In this document: positions 1 to 9,449 of the stretch, one piece after another
How the letters are laid out: each line of letters starts with the position of its first letter
Position numbering within the stretch: position 1 is the stretch's first letter
From: Candidatus Levyibacteriota bacterium
GTDB taxonomy: Bacteria > Patescibacteriota > Microgenomatia > Levybacterales > UBA12049
Direction: 5' to 3'
Assembly: GCA_017991775.1 (NCBI GenBank)
Contig: JAGOPV010000004.1
Coordinates: forward strand, 2,847-66,846
DNA: 64,000 nucleotides
The notes under the pieces: model-generated
Databases searched by the model: none
The model's input: only the letters and a program-made list of their open reading frames with translations
What the model was told of the DNA's origin: nothing
Position numbers and translations under genes: made by a program

Positions 1-2
1 CC

Positions 3-536
3 AGTTACTGGATGAAGCTCCAACATCGACAATGTCTCACGCTTCTTGTCGTCAGAGCGATAATACGAGACAAGTTCGTAATGTGTCTGCGCTTCTTTTC
101 CTCCGGCCACAACACCAAATTGTCGCCTATTCCAGGGTAGCCTGCCCACTGGCACATTAATCTCGCCAGATGGTGGCGTGACCCTACCATGAGCTAGTGC
201 TTTGTATGTCTTTTTTACTTCCCTATTCTTAAATTGAGACTGCATCTGCAAAAATACCTCCTCATTTTTTGCCAAAATAAGTACACCAGACGTTTCTTTA
301 TCTAGACGATGAACGAGACCAGATCGACTCTTAAAATCTGACCCATCTTCATCTGCCTCATCGCCCACTGGACCACCACCTGCCTCACCTTTTTCCCATC
401 CACAGTACTCCTCCATCCAATCCTGCACTGTCTGCTCCCCTCCTGTAGTATCTGAGCGATTTGCAGTCATACCTGATGGCTTATTAATAACAACCAGGCT
501 TTCATCTTCAAAAATTATAGGTACGTTAAATGTCAT
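3..536 (-). CDS. RluA-family pseudouridine synthase, C-terminally truncated by window edge
   Basis: Hand translation of minus strand from ATG at 536-534 gives MTFNVPIIFEDESLVVINKPSGM...GLVHRLDKETSGVLILAK (RluA HRLD..TSG motif) with no stop before position 3; not in ORF track because it runs off the window. Confidence 0.8.
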   Translation of the reverse strand, partial: MTFNVPIIFEDESLVVINKPSGMTANRSDTTGGEQTVQDWMEEYCGWEKGEAGGGPVGDEADEDGSDFKSRSGLVHRLDKETSGVLILAKNEEVFLQMQSQFKNREVKKTYKALAHGRVTPPSGEINVPVGRLPWNRRQFGVVAGGKEAQTHYELVSYYRSDDKKRETLSMLELHPVT

Positions 537-549
537 AATATACTATAGG

Positions 550-1251
550 CTACATGAGATGCTTCTTCATTAACTGACCTTTTCTCTCTTGTCGCAGCAG
601 AACGACCAAGGATGTTACCATCAGACCTAAGAGCAAGCCATTATCAAACTGCTTGTAAAATGATAACTCAAAAGGTTCATGAGTAAGACTTGCTATCAAA
701 AGTGTTGACGCCAGAATAATCAAAATAAGACTTCCCATCGAGCCATCCTTTAGCTCCCCTCTCACGTTTAGTGGTAGTAGGACTTTGGCACTGAAAAAGA
801 CGGTCGCAAGAAAAATAACTGGAAGGAGGATCCCAACAAAAGGATCCTGCATGCCTATAAGTAGCTGAGATCCAAGGAGTCCTACCGGCATGGCTGTCAG
901 AAATGAGAGTGCAAAAAAATCAAGAATTCTTCCTGTCGGGATCCTTTTTCTTCTGTTATAAAGCGTTACAAAAAGTATTCCTCCAACAATTCCACCTGGA
1001 AGGGATAGTCCAGGGAAATACGGAAATAGTAAAAAGACTAATGGATTAAGGTAGTCGGCACTGGGATGAAGAGCAACGTATACAATTCTTGAGAAAAGTA
1101 GCCCAAGACCAGCAGAGTAGAAAGAAAGATTAAAGAGAGTCTCTAAAGTAACATTTTTCCGCACAAAAACGAGATCCTCTTTTGCAAGCACATGGAGTGC
1201 AAAAAGATATACTACTAAACTGAGAATGAGAATAATAATAAGAAATTGCAT
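550..1251 (-). CDS. lgt: Prolipoprotein diacylglyceryl transferase
   Basis: 233 aa polytopic membrane protein with Lgt-like YFPGLSLPGGIVGGILF signature. Confidence 0.7.
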   Translation of the reverse strand: MQFLIIILILSLVVYLFALHVLAKEDLVFVRKNVTLETLFNLSFYSAGLGLLFSRIVYVALHPSADYLNPLVFLLFPYFPGLSLPGGIVGGILFVTLYNRRKRIPTGRILDFFALSFLTAMPVGLLGSQLLIGMQDPFVGILLPVIFLATVFFSAKVLLPLNVRGELKDGSMGSLILIILASTLLIASLTHEPFELSFYKQFDNGLLLGLMVTSLVVLLRQERKGQLMKKHLM

Positions 1252-2519
1252 TAGAAATCAAAGAGAACTCGAGAGACACCTAGGCTTAGAAGAATAACAG
1301 CGATGCCTACGATTACTTTCTCAATGCCAAAGATATCTGAGAGACTTCCAACAACCAGGATTGGGATGAGTGAGAAAATACCTACAAGCGCATTTAGTAC
1401 GCCATATATCTTACCCCTAAATTCATCGCTCGTCTTCTCTTGCAAAATAGTATTGGATGGAACGAAGACAAATGCATTTGCAAATCCAAGTACAAAAGCG
1501 ATAACTACAACTATATGAAGAGTCGTTATATCTATGACTTTCGGCAAAAATCCGTTAAGAGTTTGGATGATTTGTCTTGCGCTGATATTGGCGCCATATG
1601 GCAACAGGAACATCGCAATTCCTGAAAGAAAAAGACCGGCAGTAGATAACTTCTCGCGTGATCGATCATGGAAGAATGTTGCCAGCACAACTGCACCGAC
1701 AAGTACTCCAAGAGCAGCGGGGGCAATAAAAAGTATAGGGAAATTATTTACATTTACTTTTAAAATCTGCGTTGCGTATCCTGGAGCTATCACTGCAAGA
1801 ACAAGAAGGAGGATCTGTGAAAGTGCGAGAAGAAAAAGCGAGTTATAGATAGGCTTTGAAGCCTTCATCATTGTGATGGCAGACTTTACCTCATCCATCA
1901 TTGCAGCCTTTGATGTCCGCAGCAGTGCTTTTTTCTTTTTACCTGGATGATCAAGCTTGATCCCGGTTGTAAAAACTGCACTAATCAGAAAGAGAATTGA
2001 GAGAAAGAGGAGCGTATATTTAGCTCCAAGGAAAAGAATTACTGGACCTGAGATAAGGTATGCAACAAGGATCGACCCATAAAGTCCCAGACCAAACATA
2101 GCATTTGCAGAAAAAAGAATATCTTTAGGAACGACAAGTGGGATTAACGGCGTCTCAGCTGGAACAAAGAACTGTGTAATAACAGAGATCAAAAACGAAA
2201 TAATGAACACGAGAGCCAAGTCATTGATGAAAAAAGCTAAAGGGATGATGATAATGCCACGCAGGATATTGGCAAAGAGAAGTACTCTTTTCTTACTCCA
2301 ACGATCGACCAAAATCCCAGCCAAAATTCCAAAAAGAATTGCTGGCAACGTAAAAGTAACAACGATGAGCGAGACTGCTGTATTTGATTTAGTAAGTTCA
2401 AAGACATGAAGGATGAGGAAAAAATTAAAAAGGTTGAAAGCTATCTGAGTAAAGATCTCACTTAGCCACAAATAGGAAAATGATGGCTGTTTAAAAGCGC
2501 CGAAGATTTTGTTAGTCAT
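1251..2519 (-). CDS. MFS transporter
   Basis: About 12 predicted TM helices; ORF track start 2570 would overlap efp by 59 nt, so internal Met (MTNKIFG...) at 2519 is more likely. Confidence 0.7.
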   Translation of the reverse strand: MTNKIFGAFKQPSFSYLWLSEIFTQIAFNLFNFFLILHVFELTKSNTAVSLIVVTFTLPAILFGILAGILVDRWSKKRVLLFANILRGIIIIPLAFFINDLALVFIISFLISVITQFFVPAETPLIPLVVPKDILFSANAMFGLGLYGSILVAYLISGPVILFLGAKYTLLFLSILFLISAVFTTGIKLDHPGKKKKALLRTSKAAMMDEVKSAITMMKASKPIYNSLFLLALSQILLLVLAVIAPGYATQILKVNVNNFPILFIAPAALGVLVGAVVLATFFHDRSREKLSTAGLFLSGIAMFLLPYGANISARQIIQTLNGFLPKVIDITTLHIVVVIAFVLGFANAFVFVPSNTILQEKTSDEFRGKIYGVLNALVGIFSLIPILVVGSLSDIFGIEKVIVGIAVILLSLGVSRVLFDF

Positions 2520-3072
2520 TTGCTTTTTCCGAATAAGCACCAGTTCTTGTATCAACACGAATTGACTCACCGATATTTATGAACATTGGCACCTTAGTAA
2601 TAATACCATTTTCAAGTGTCGCATCCTTAAAAACATTTGTAGCAGAATTACCCTTAACACCAGGGGTTGTCTCTATAACTTTAAAGACCATTTTTGAAGG
2701 TAGAGCAACTGATAATGGCTCGCCATCAAGAATACTCACGTTGAATTCCTCCCCTTCCTTAAGATACCTATGGTCCTCAATCTTCACAAGGTCAATCTGA
2801 ATTTGCTCATATGTAGCAGGATCCATGAAATATGCAGAGGTATCGTCTTTGTAGAGGTACTGAAGATCTTTCTTGGCAACCGCAACGTTACTTACTTTAG
2901 CTCCATTGGTATAACCTTTCTCAAGTGTAGAACCAGTCTTTAAATTTCTAACTTTAACTTTGATGTTAGCACTTCCCCTACCCATCTTAATGTGCTCATA
3001 TGAGACTACCATCAAAAGCTGTCCATCTTCTTCATACGTAGTTCCAGCACGAAGTTCTGTAACTGAGATCAT
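2512..3072 (-). CDS. efp: Elongation factor P
   Basis: MISVTELRAGTTYEEDGQLL...KMGRGSANIKVKVRNLKTGS matches EF-P; start taken at MISV. Confidence 0.9.
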   Translation of the reverse strand: MISVTELRAGTTYEEDGQLLMVVSYEHIKMGRGSANIKVKVRNLKTGSTLEKGYTNGAKVSNVAVAKKDLQYLYKDDTSAYFMDPATYEQIQIDLVKIEDHRYLKEGEEFNVSILDGEPLSVALPSKMVFKVIETTPGVKGNSATNVFKDATLENGIITKVPMFINIGESIRVDTRTGAYSEKAND

Positions 3073-4031
3073 TTGGAAGCCTTTCTTTTGATACGAACAA
3101 ATCCTGAACATGGGATGATCTCGACACCTTTTGCTTCTAACGCATCCATAAACAGATTGGCGCCTATTGAGTCAGCCGCCATGTGTCCAGCATCAATAAC
3201 GTTGATATGAAGTTCGCGTAACTTTTTAAGAGCATCTTCACTAACATGCATCTCAACAAGTGTGCCTACCCCTGCTTTTGCTAATTGTTCATATAGCTTC
3301 ACTGAAGGGTTCGTACCGCCTGTAAAACTAACGACTACTTTACCAGCACGTGATGAAGGACTTCCGGATACAAGATCGGGCCCTGATTTAGATTTCATAG
3401 CCTCGACAAATTCTGGGATACTTTGAACTTCCTCCAAAACCTCACCTGCCGTATCAAATGTCTTGGTGGCAAATAACTTTTCCATGAAGTCATTACCCAT
3501 GTTATCCCAGATGGTGTGAAGTGCCATGATTGGAACATTCATGATCCGCGCTGCGTCAACTGTCTTTGAGTGATTTAGTGGATTAAATCTTCTTTGCACT
3601 TCCCCACTTCTTTCTTTGAATAATGCGTCCGCGACATTAACAGGAACTCCTGCCTTTGCAAACATATCTACCTGCATCTCCATCACTTCATGAAGACTGC
3701 TAAGCGCATGACCTTCTGGATGATGAGTGATAAGTAGGTCGATCTTTTCACCTTTCTCATTAAGTCTATCGACCATCAATACTTCAGAAACATCAGCATC
3801 AATGCCAGCAATAAGTTTCTTTACGGGAGTTTTTGGATCTCCAAAGAGGATTCGAGAATCTGAATATGGAGAATTGAGAGTTTCGGAGTCAAAGTACTTC
3901 TTTGATTTTTCTGAAGAATCTTTGTGGGCTTTTGTCCTTTTCTCAAGAAGTGCCTTGACTGCCTTCTCACCACGAGGATCTGCCTTTATTCCCATTTCAA
4001 CTGCAAGGTCGTAAATCTGTTGAATAGTCAT
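3069..4031 (-). CDS. NIF3-family dinuclear metal centre protein (YqfO/GTP cyclohydrolase 1 type 2-like)
   Basis: LITHHPEG and HTIWDN NIF3 motifs; 4-nt overlap with efp; ORF track start 4067, Met at 4031 (MTIQQIYDL) also plausible. Confidence 0.75.
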   Translation of the reverse strand: MTIQQIYDLAVEMGIKADPRGEKAVKALLEKRTKAHKDSSEKSKKYFDSETLNSPYSDSRILFGDPKTPVKKLIAGIDADVSEVLMVDRLNEKGEKIDLLITHHPEGHALSSLHEVMEMQVDMFAKAGVPVNVADALFKERSGEVQRRFNPLNHSKTVDAARIMNVPIMALHTIWDNMGNDFMEKLFATKTFDTAGEVLEEVQSIPEFVEAMKSKSGPDLVSGSPSSRAGKVVVSFTGGTNPSVKLYEQLAKAGVGTLVEMHVSEDALKKLRELHINVIDAGHMAADSIGANLFMDALEAKGVEIIPCSGFVRIKRKASK

Positions 4032-4093
4032 ACTCTGAAGTATATAATAGACACACTCGTAATTCAAGGCTGAGTTACGTTCAAATACTTTAT

Positions 4094-4179
4094 GGGCGAG
4101 TGGCGGAATGGTATACGCGACAGTCTCAAAAACTGTTAGTTGTAATGACTATAAGGGTTCGAGTCCCTTCTCGCCCACC
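4094..4179 (+). tRNA. tRNA-Leu (anticodon CAA)
   Basis: Cloverleaf by hand: acceptor GGGCGAG/CTCGCCC, 5-bp anticodon stem ACAGT/ACTGT, loop CTCAAAA (U33, CAA, A37), long variable arm, T-arm AAGGG-TTCGAGT-CCCTT, discriminator A, encoded CC. Confidence 0.85.
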
Positions 4180-4241
4180 TTGGTTCGCTTGCCCTCCCGA
4201 AGCTTTAGCGAAGGAGGGAGTCCCTCTCCCGGCACAACTTT

Positions 4242-4658
4242 ATGGCAAACGACTTTTCATTAAATTTAATTAGAGATTACGACTTCTGGGAAGTCTATGT
4301 CCATGAAAATCAAGGGTATCTCGGACGATGTGTGATTGTTTGCAAACGCGTAGACGCCCTCGACCTTACTCAAGCAACCTCAGAGGAGCAAGCAGAACTA
4401 TTTTTAATCCTTCAAAACTTAAAGAAAGCTTCCGAAGAATTATTTCAACCAGATTGGTTTAATTATGCATTCTTAGGAAATGAGTTCAGGCATCTACATG
4501 GGCACTTTATTCCTAGATATGAAAATCCTAAAAAGTTTAATGGCGTCGTGTTTGAAGACAAGCTTTATGGGCATAATTACAAAACAGATAAAAGTTTCAA
4601 AACTTCTTCCAGCCTCCTCGCATCCATTAGGGATGGATATAAAAATATATTGGTATAA
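4242..4658 (+). CDS. HIT-family (histidine triad) nucleotide hydrolase
   Basis: HLHGHFIP histidine-triad motif. Confidence 0.75.
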   Translation: MANDFSLNLIRDYDFWEVYVHENQGYLGRCVIVCKRVDALDLTQATSEEQAELFLILQNLKKASEELFQPDWFNYAFLGNEFRHLHGHFIPRYENPKKFNGVVFEDKLYGHNYKTDKSFKTSSSLLASIRDGYKNILV

Positions 4659-4733
4659 TCTTCTGTTCTCCAACTACAAAAACGACCCCGCATAGCGAGG
4701 CCGTCTTTTTATGCATATCCTAACGTTAGAATA

Positions 4734-5042
4734 CTAGACTGCTGATCCAGTTCCGCCTGTTGGAGGAGTTGGAGTTTCAGCTGCAGGCTCTGGCGCTGCT
4801 GGAGTCTCTGCTACTGGTGTAGCTGGAGGTGTCCAAGCTGGTGCTGCTGGCACTTCAGGTGTTGTCGGAGGTGTCCAAGCTGGTGTAGCTGGAGGAACAA
4901 CTGGCTCCGCTGGAGTCTGAGGCGCTGCTGGAGTCTCTGCTACTGGTGTAGCTGGAGGTGTCCAAGCTGGTGCTGCTGGTTGATCTGTTACAGGAGGTGT
5001 TGGAACACCTGTCTGTGGAATACCACTATTATTTTGATCCAT
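4734..5042 (-). CDS. Pro/Ala/Thr-rich low-complexity repeat protein
   Basis: Repeated PAAPAWTPPATPVAETPAAP units with matching DNA tandem repeats; coding status uncertain. Confidence 0.4.
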   Translation of the reverse strand: MDQNNSGIPQTGVPTPPVTDQPAAPAWTPPATPVAETPAAPQTPAEPVVPPATPAWTPPTTPEVPAAPAWTPPATPVAETPAAPEPAAETPTPPTGGTGSAV

Positions 5043-5104
5043 TTATATCTCACCTCCTTTCATCATTACTTTCTACTACTTTAGCTTACTTACAAAGCAT
5101 TTGT

Positions 5105-6439
5105 CTATTCACTAGATACGGTACTATTTTCGACATTATAAAATCTGATCCTGTCACCTCTAAAGAGAAGGTCGATCTCACCGGTCGGACCATTTCGATG
5201 CTTAGCGATCAACATTTTTGTGGGTATATTATGATTGGACACATCAAGTTCCATATCTGGCCTGTACAGGAACATAACAACGTCAGCATCCTGTTCGATA
5301 GCTCCTGACTCTCGTAGATCCGACAACTGAGGTCTTTTTTCACCACGCTGCTCAACTGCACGAGAAAGCTGGGAGGCAGCAAGCAGTGGAACACTGAGTT
5401 CTCGAGCGAGATTTTTAAGAGCTTGGGAAACGATCGAGACTTCCTGTACACGACTCTCTACTTTTCGACCTGGATCAACAAGCTGCAAATAGTCAACAAT
5501 AATCAGTCCTAATCCGTGTTCCATGTGAAGTCTACGTGCTTTGCTTCTCATTTCTGAGAGATTAAGACCAGGTGTGTCATCAATAAAAATTGGAGCATCT
5601 GCCAACTCACCCATCGCATTTGATAATTTTGTAAAGTCATCTTCAGACAATTTACCTGTCTTAAGTCTCCATGCATCAACATCTGCCTGAGCTACGAGAA
5701 AACGATCTACCAACTCTTCTTTACTCATTTCCAAGGAGAATATCGCAACAGCTTTACGCTCTTTTGTCGCGATATGTTGAGCCATGTTAAGAGTGATCGC
5801 GGTCTTACCCTGCCCAGGTCGTGCAGCAAGAATAATAAGATTTGACTTCTGAAACCCTGAGAGAACTCTATCAAGATCATTAAAGCCCGTCTTAACTCCC
5901 CGAAGCCCCTCTCCCCCTTTATGCAACTCATCTATCCTGTCAAAACTCTGAGAAAGCGTATCCTTAATTGGTATGAATCCACGAGTAATATTACCTTGGG
6001 ATATTGCAAAGATCGAGGACTCAGCCTTATCGAGAACTTCTTTTACTTCTTTTTTATCATCGTACCCAAGCTCTGCAATCTCTGTCCCAGCCCTGACAAG
6101 AGATCTTTTAGTCGATGCCTCCTTCACAATGCGCGCATATTCCTCGACGTTGGCAGCTGTTGGAACGATACTAACAAGGTCAGTAAAGTATGATGACTCG
6201 ATCTTTGGCATCTCTTTATTCTTTTTCAAATAAGAGGTGATCGTCATCAAATCGATAGGCTTTCGCTGCTCATAAAGTGCGAGCATGACAGAATAAATAA
6301 CTTCATTTGTGCTGTCGTAAAAATCTTCAGAGCGCAGGAGTTCAGAGACAATATTTACCGCATCCTTATCAATAAGAATTGAGCCAAGGACACTCTTTTC
6401 TGCGTCTACATTCGAGGGGAGAACTTTAAGTGTTGCCAT
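5105..6439 (-). CDS. dnaB: Replicative DNA helicase DnaB
   Basis: N-terminal DnaB domain, Walker A GQGKTA, RecA-like C-terminal domain. Confidence 0.9.
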   Translation of the reverse strand: MATLKVLPSNVDAEKSVLGSILIDKDAVNIVSELLRSEDFYDSTNEVIYSVMLALYEQRKPIDLMTITSYLKKNKEMPKIESSYFTDLVSIVPTAANVEEYARIVKEASTKRSLVRAGTEIAELGYDDKKEVKEVLDKAESSIFAISQGNITRGFIPIKDTLSQSFDRIDELHKGGEGLRGVKTGFNDLDRVLSGFQKSNLIILAARPGQGKTAITLNMAQHIATKERKAVAIFSLEMSKEELVDRFLVAQADVDAWRLKTGKLSEDDFTKLSNAMGELADAPIFIDDTPGLNLSEMRSKARRLHMEHGLGLIIVDYLQLVDPGRKVESRVQEVSIVSQALKNLARELSVPLLAASQLSRAVEQRGEKRPQLSDLRESGAIEQDADVVMFLYRPDMELDVSNHNIPTKMLIAKHRNGPTGEIDLLFRGDRIRFYNVENSTVSSE

Positions 6440-6441
6440 TA

Positions 6442-6963
6442 TTAACTTGAAGACAGGACAATCGTCTCGACTTCAGCTGGGAATTTACCTGCAACGATTG
6501 AGTATTTGCTAACTGTTTTTTTAGAGTCTTTATTTAAAGTATCGCTAACTTCATTCGCATGAGCCCCAAAAAATACTGTCGCATTTGTGCCAAGTGCACT
6601 AGCAAATCCAGCTGTGCCTACAGACTCAGCTCGCACAATAAGTACGTGATGCTCTTTTAGTTTTTGATGCGCAGACTCAAGCGCATCTCGATCTCCAACC
6701 AAGACCTCAACACCATCAACTGAAAGTGTAAAGACTGTCTTCTCGCCCACTGATGTTCCAGTAATCTTTATTCCACCTGCTTCATACTCTCCTGGTCCAT
6801 CGATAACAACAATATCGTCTTTAATTTTTAGCGATGACTTTGCTGGACTCCCAAGGAGGATAGCTGCGTTGTATTGCGAGGTCTTATCAATTGGATTGAA
6901 GAATACAGAGGCCGTCTTTCCTTTGATCTTTAAACTGTCTGTTGCTTGTACTGATACTTCCAC
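6442..6963 (-). CDS. Hypothetical protein (possibly degenerate MBL-fold, His motifs absent)
   Basis: 173 aa ORF translationally coupled to dnaB; weak resemblance to UPF0173 beta-lactamase-fold proteins without the HxHxDH motif. Confidence 0.3.
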   Translation of the reverse strand: MEVSVQATDSLKIKGKTASVFFNPIDKTSQYNAAILLGSPAKSSLKIKDDIVVIDGPGEYEAGGIKITGTSVGEKTVFTLSVDGVEVLVGDRDALESAHQKLKEHHVLIVRAESVGTAGFASALGTNATVFFGAHANEVSDTLNKDSKKTVSKYSIVAGKFPAEVETIVLSSS

Positions 6964-7124
6964 CCAGTCATACTACCATACGCAAAATTTTCTGTCTAGA
7001 GATAGTGAATTTGTGCCCTTTTTCTTGACAACATACCCTCAATCGCCTATCATCATCTGGCACGATTACTCCTACTGTCTTATTATCTTCTCGTGTATTA
7101 AGACAATTCATTGACATCACGCAT

Positions 7125-7550
7125 ATGAAAGCAGAAAGGCTTATTTTATCTCTCATAGCAATCTTTGTCGGGCTACTTGTAGCCGGTGGAGCTTTTTATA
7201 TATTTCAGCTCACAAAGCAAGTTCCCGGTGGAGCAAATAGTATTACAGTAAAAGCGCACCCAACTCCAACCCCCTCGTCCACAAACTATCTTGTCATCGA
7301 CTCCCCAGCTGATGAATCAATTTCTAAAGTCAAAACTATCACTATAGCAGGAAAAGTAGTGCCCAACTCTACGCTCATTATTTCAAACGGCGTTACTGAT
7401 CAGGTTGTTAGCCCTTCATCATCTGGTAGTTTTAGCGTAACTTCATCACTTAATGAAGATACAACGCTTTTCAATATCACTGCGATCTTTCCCGATGGCG
7501 AAGAAAAAACTTTGACCCGAACGTTAAGTTTTGTCTCGGAGGAATTTTAA
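7125..7550 (+). CDS. Membrane-anchored hypothetical protein
   Basis: N-terminal TM helix, Ser/Thr-rich extracytoplasmic portion. Confidence 0.5.
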   Translation: MKAERLILSLIAIFVGLLVAGGAFYIFQLTKQVPGGANSITVKAHPTPTPSSTNYLVIDSPADESISKVKTITIAGKVVPNSTLIISNGVTDQVVSPSSSGSFSVTSSLNEDTTLFNITAIFPDGEEKTLTRTLSFVSEEF

Positions 7551-8323
7551 TGACTAAATACTTTATACTTTTATTTCTATTAATTATCCTTAGTGCTCCT
7601 GCGCACGCAGCAACACCGACCCCTACTGGCAGCACGGAACCAACTGCTGAATCAGTTACGCAAAAACTTTCAGACAAGATCAATAATCTAAAAGAGAAGA
7701 TCGCCTCACGCGTTGCTGAGCTAAATCTTGTTGAAAAGAAAGGCTTCATCGGAACAATAAAAGAAATTAAATCCAATCTCATCTCTATTACCGATGGAAA
7801 AGGTGATATCAAATTGATTGACGTTGATGAAATAACAAAGTTCTCTGATGGATCAGATGATATAGGCATCTCAGATCTCAAGGTTGGTGGAAAAGTAGCA
7901 GTTGTTGGACTATATAACAAAGATTCTGAGCATCTCCTCGCTCGCTTCATCTCTATCATCAATATTCCCATCTTTGTCAGTGGAGCCGTCAACAGTATAG
8001 ATGATAAGAATTTTACCTTCACCCTACTAAAAGAGACCGGTGACCAAATAAAAGTAGATGTTGAGAACGTCACCAAGACCATCTCGTACTCTGGTACAAC
8101 TGGTGAGAAATCAGGATTCTCAACAATAAAGAGAGGCACTCGCGTAATTGTTATTGGATTTCCAGATGCAAAAGAGAAAAATAGAGTTGTTGCTACTAGA
8201 CTCCTCCTCTTCCCCTCACTCCCCAAGAATCCTCGCCTAGTTATTCCAGATAATGCAGTAGATACCACTCAAGATCCAGTTACATCTACTGGGAGTGGCA
8301 ACAAACTAACTCCTCTACGATAG
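7550..8323 (+). CDS. Secreted hypothetical protein
   Basis: Signal peptide ending PAHA-A; stop/start overlap with upstream ORF. Confidence 0.55.
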   Translation: MTKYFILLFLLIILSAPAHAATPTPTGSTEPTAESVTQKLSDKINNLKEKIASRVAELNLVEKKGFIGTIKEIKSNLISITDGKGDIKLIDVDEITKFSDGSDDIGISDLKVGGKVAVVGLYNKDSEHLLARFISIINIPIFVSGAVNSIDDKNFTFTLLKETGDQIKVDVENVTKTISYSGTTGEKSGFSTIKRGTRVIVIGFPDAKEKNRVVATRLLLFPSLPKNPRLVIPDNAVDTTQDPVTSTGSGNKLTPLR

Positions 8324-8328
8324 CTTAC

Positions 8329-9408
8329 ATGATTGACAAAAAAGTCATTGAAAATTTTCTCAGGAGCAATGGATTAGATGCCATGCTACTTTCAAATCAA
8401 AGCGATATTGCGCATCTAACATCTTTCCATAGTTTCTCACCAACTGAGAGAGATGCATTTGCTCTTGTTACAGCTAAAGATAGATTTCTCTTCACTAATC
8501 CGCTCTACATCACTGAAGTAAGAGAATCCGTAAAAAATGTTGAAATCATTGAGCACTCAGGCGAGAATAATTTCTTTAAAAACCTAGCTGAAATCGTTGC
8601 AAAAAATAGACTTCACAACATTGGATTTGAGAACGATAATATTACTGTTGCAGAATATCTTAGACTTACGACAGCAATCACATCGCATCTTATTGCAAAA
8701 GACTTCTCCCAAGTTCGAATTCAGAAATCTCCTGCGGAAATAGAATCAATTACTCAGGCGTGTGAGATCGGTGACAATTCATTTGAGCTTATCAAGCCAT
8801 TCCTAAAACCTGGGATCACTGAATTGGGATTGGCATGGGAATTGGAAAAACGCATAAGAGAATCAGGTGCAGAACTTTCATTCCCAACAATCGTTGCTTT
8901 TGGCGCCAACTCAGCCATGCCACATCATCGCCCAAACAGCACAAAGCTCAATACCCGAGACACTGTGCTCTTAGATTTTGGCTCTAAAACAGACGGCTAC
9001 TGCTCTGACATGAGTAGAACACTTTTTATCGGTGAGCCAACAAAGCAACAAAAATCTGTATACGAGGCAGTCTTACAAGCACAGAGGGAGGCAGTTAACT
9101 TTCTGCAAAAAGAATTAAGAATAATTAATAAGGATGGGATCAAAGCTTCTGATGTGGATAAAGTTGCGAGGGAATATCTTGTCTCCAAAGGATACCCATC
9201 AATCCCTCACTCACTAGGACATGGAATTGGACTTGATGTTCATGAAGCTCCTAGAATATCTCCGAGCTCTCATGACTATCTATCAGAGGGGATGGTCTTC
9301 TCAATCGAGCCAGGTGTCTATCTTGAGGGGAAATTTGGTGTACGGATTGAGGATCTTTATTCAATTCAAGATAATAAGCTCATTCAACTCACCCACTCAG
9401 CAGTGTAG
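8329..9408 (+). CDS. Xaa-Pro aminopeptidase / M24 family peptidase
   Basis: M24 metal-ligand signature HGIGLDVHEAP, creatinase-like N-domain. Confidence 0.85.
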   Translation: MIDKKVIENFLRSNGLDAMLLSNQSDIAHLTSFHSFSPTERDAFALVTAKDRFLFTNPLYITEVRESVKNVEIIEHSGENNFFKNLAEIVAKNRLHNIGFENDNITVAEYLRLTTAITSHLIAKDFSQVRIQKSPAEIESITQACEIGDNSFELIKPFLKPGITELGLAWELEKRIRESGAELSFPTIVAFGANSAMPHHRPNSTKLNTRDTVLLDFGSKTDGYCSDMSRTLFIGEPTKQQKSVYEAVLQAQREAVNFLQKELRIINKDGIKASDVDKVAREYLVSKGYPSIPHSLGHGIGLDVHEAPRISPSSHDYLSEGMVFSIEPGVYLEGKFGVRIEDLYSIQDNKLIQLTHSAV

Positions 9409-9449
9409 CCCATCTTCATTTTAATTCGTAACCAATGTATACTATCTGT

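Noticed and set aside
5-190. 61-aa minus-strand ORF from the track
   Set aside because: It lies in a different frame inside the clearly coding RluA-family gene (<3..536, HRLDKETSG motif), so it is a spurious overlap.
4193-4219. Hairpin CCCTCC...GGAGGG downstream of tRNA-Leu as an intrinsic terminator
   Set aside because: Stem is present but there is no following T-tract, so it was not called.
6442-6963. Ribosomal protein L9 expected upstream of dnaB
   Set aside because: The sequence lacks the L9 N-terminal MKVILLKDV...GKKGE signature. It is retained only as a hypothetical (possibly degenerate MBL-like) protein.
7477-8268. 263-aa minus-strand ORF antisense to the 7550..8323 secreted-protein gene (similarly 43662..44477 antisense to the Pif1 helicase, 38461..38799, 50394..50660, 30339..30722)
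   Set aside because: They are long only because they are antisense to real genes in low-GC DNA. They have no motifs and no RBS, and the partner strand carries recognisable domains.
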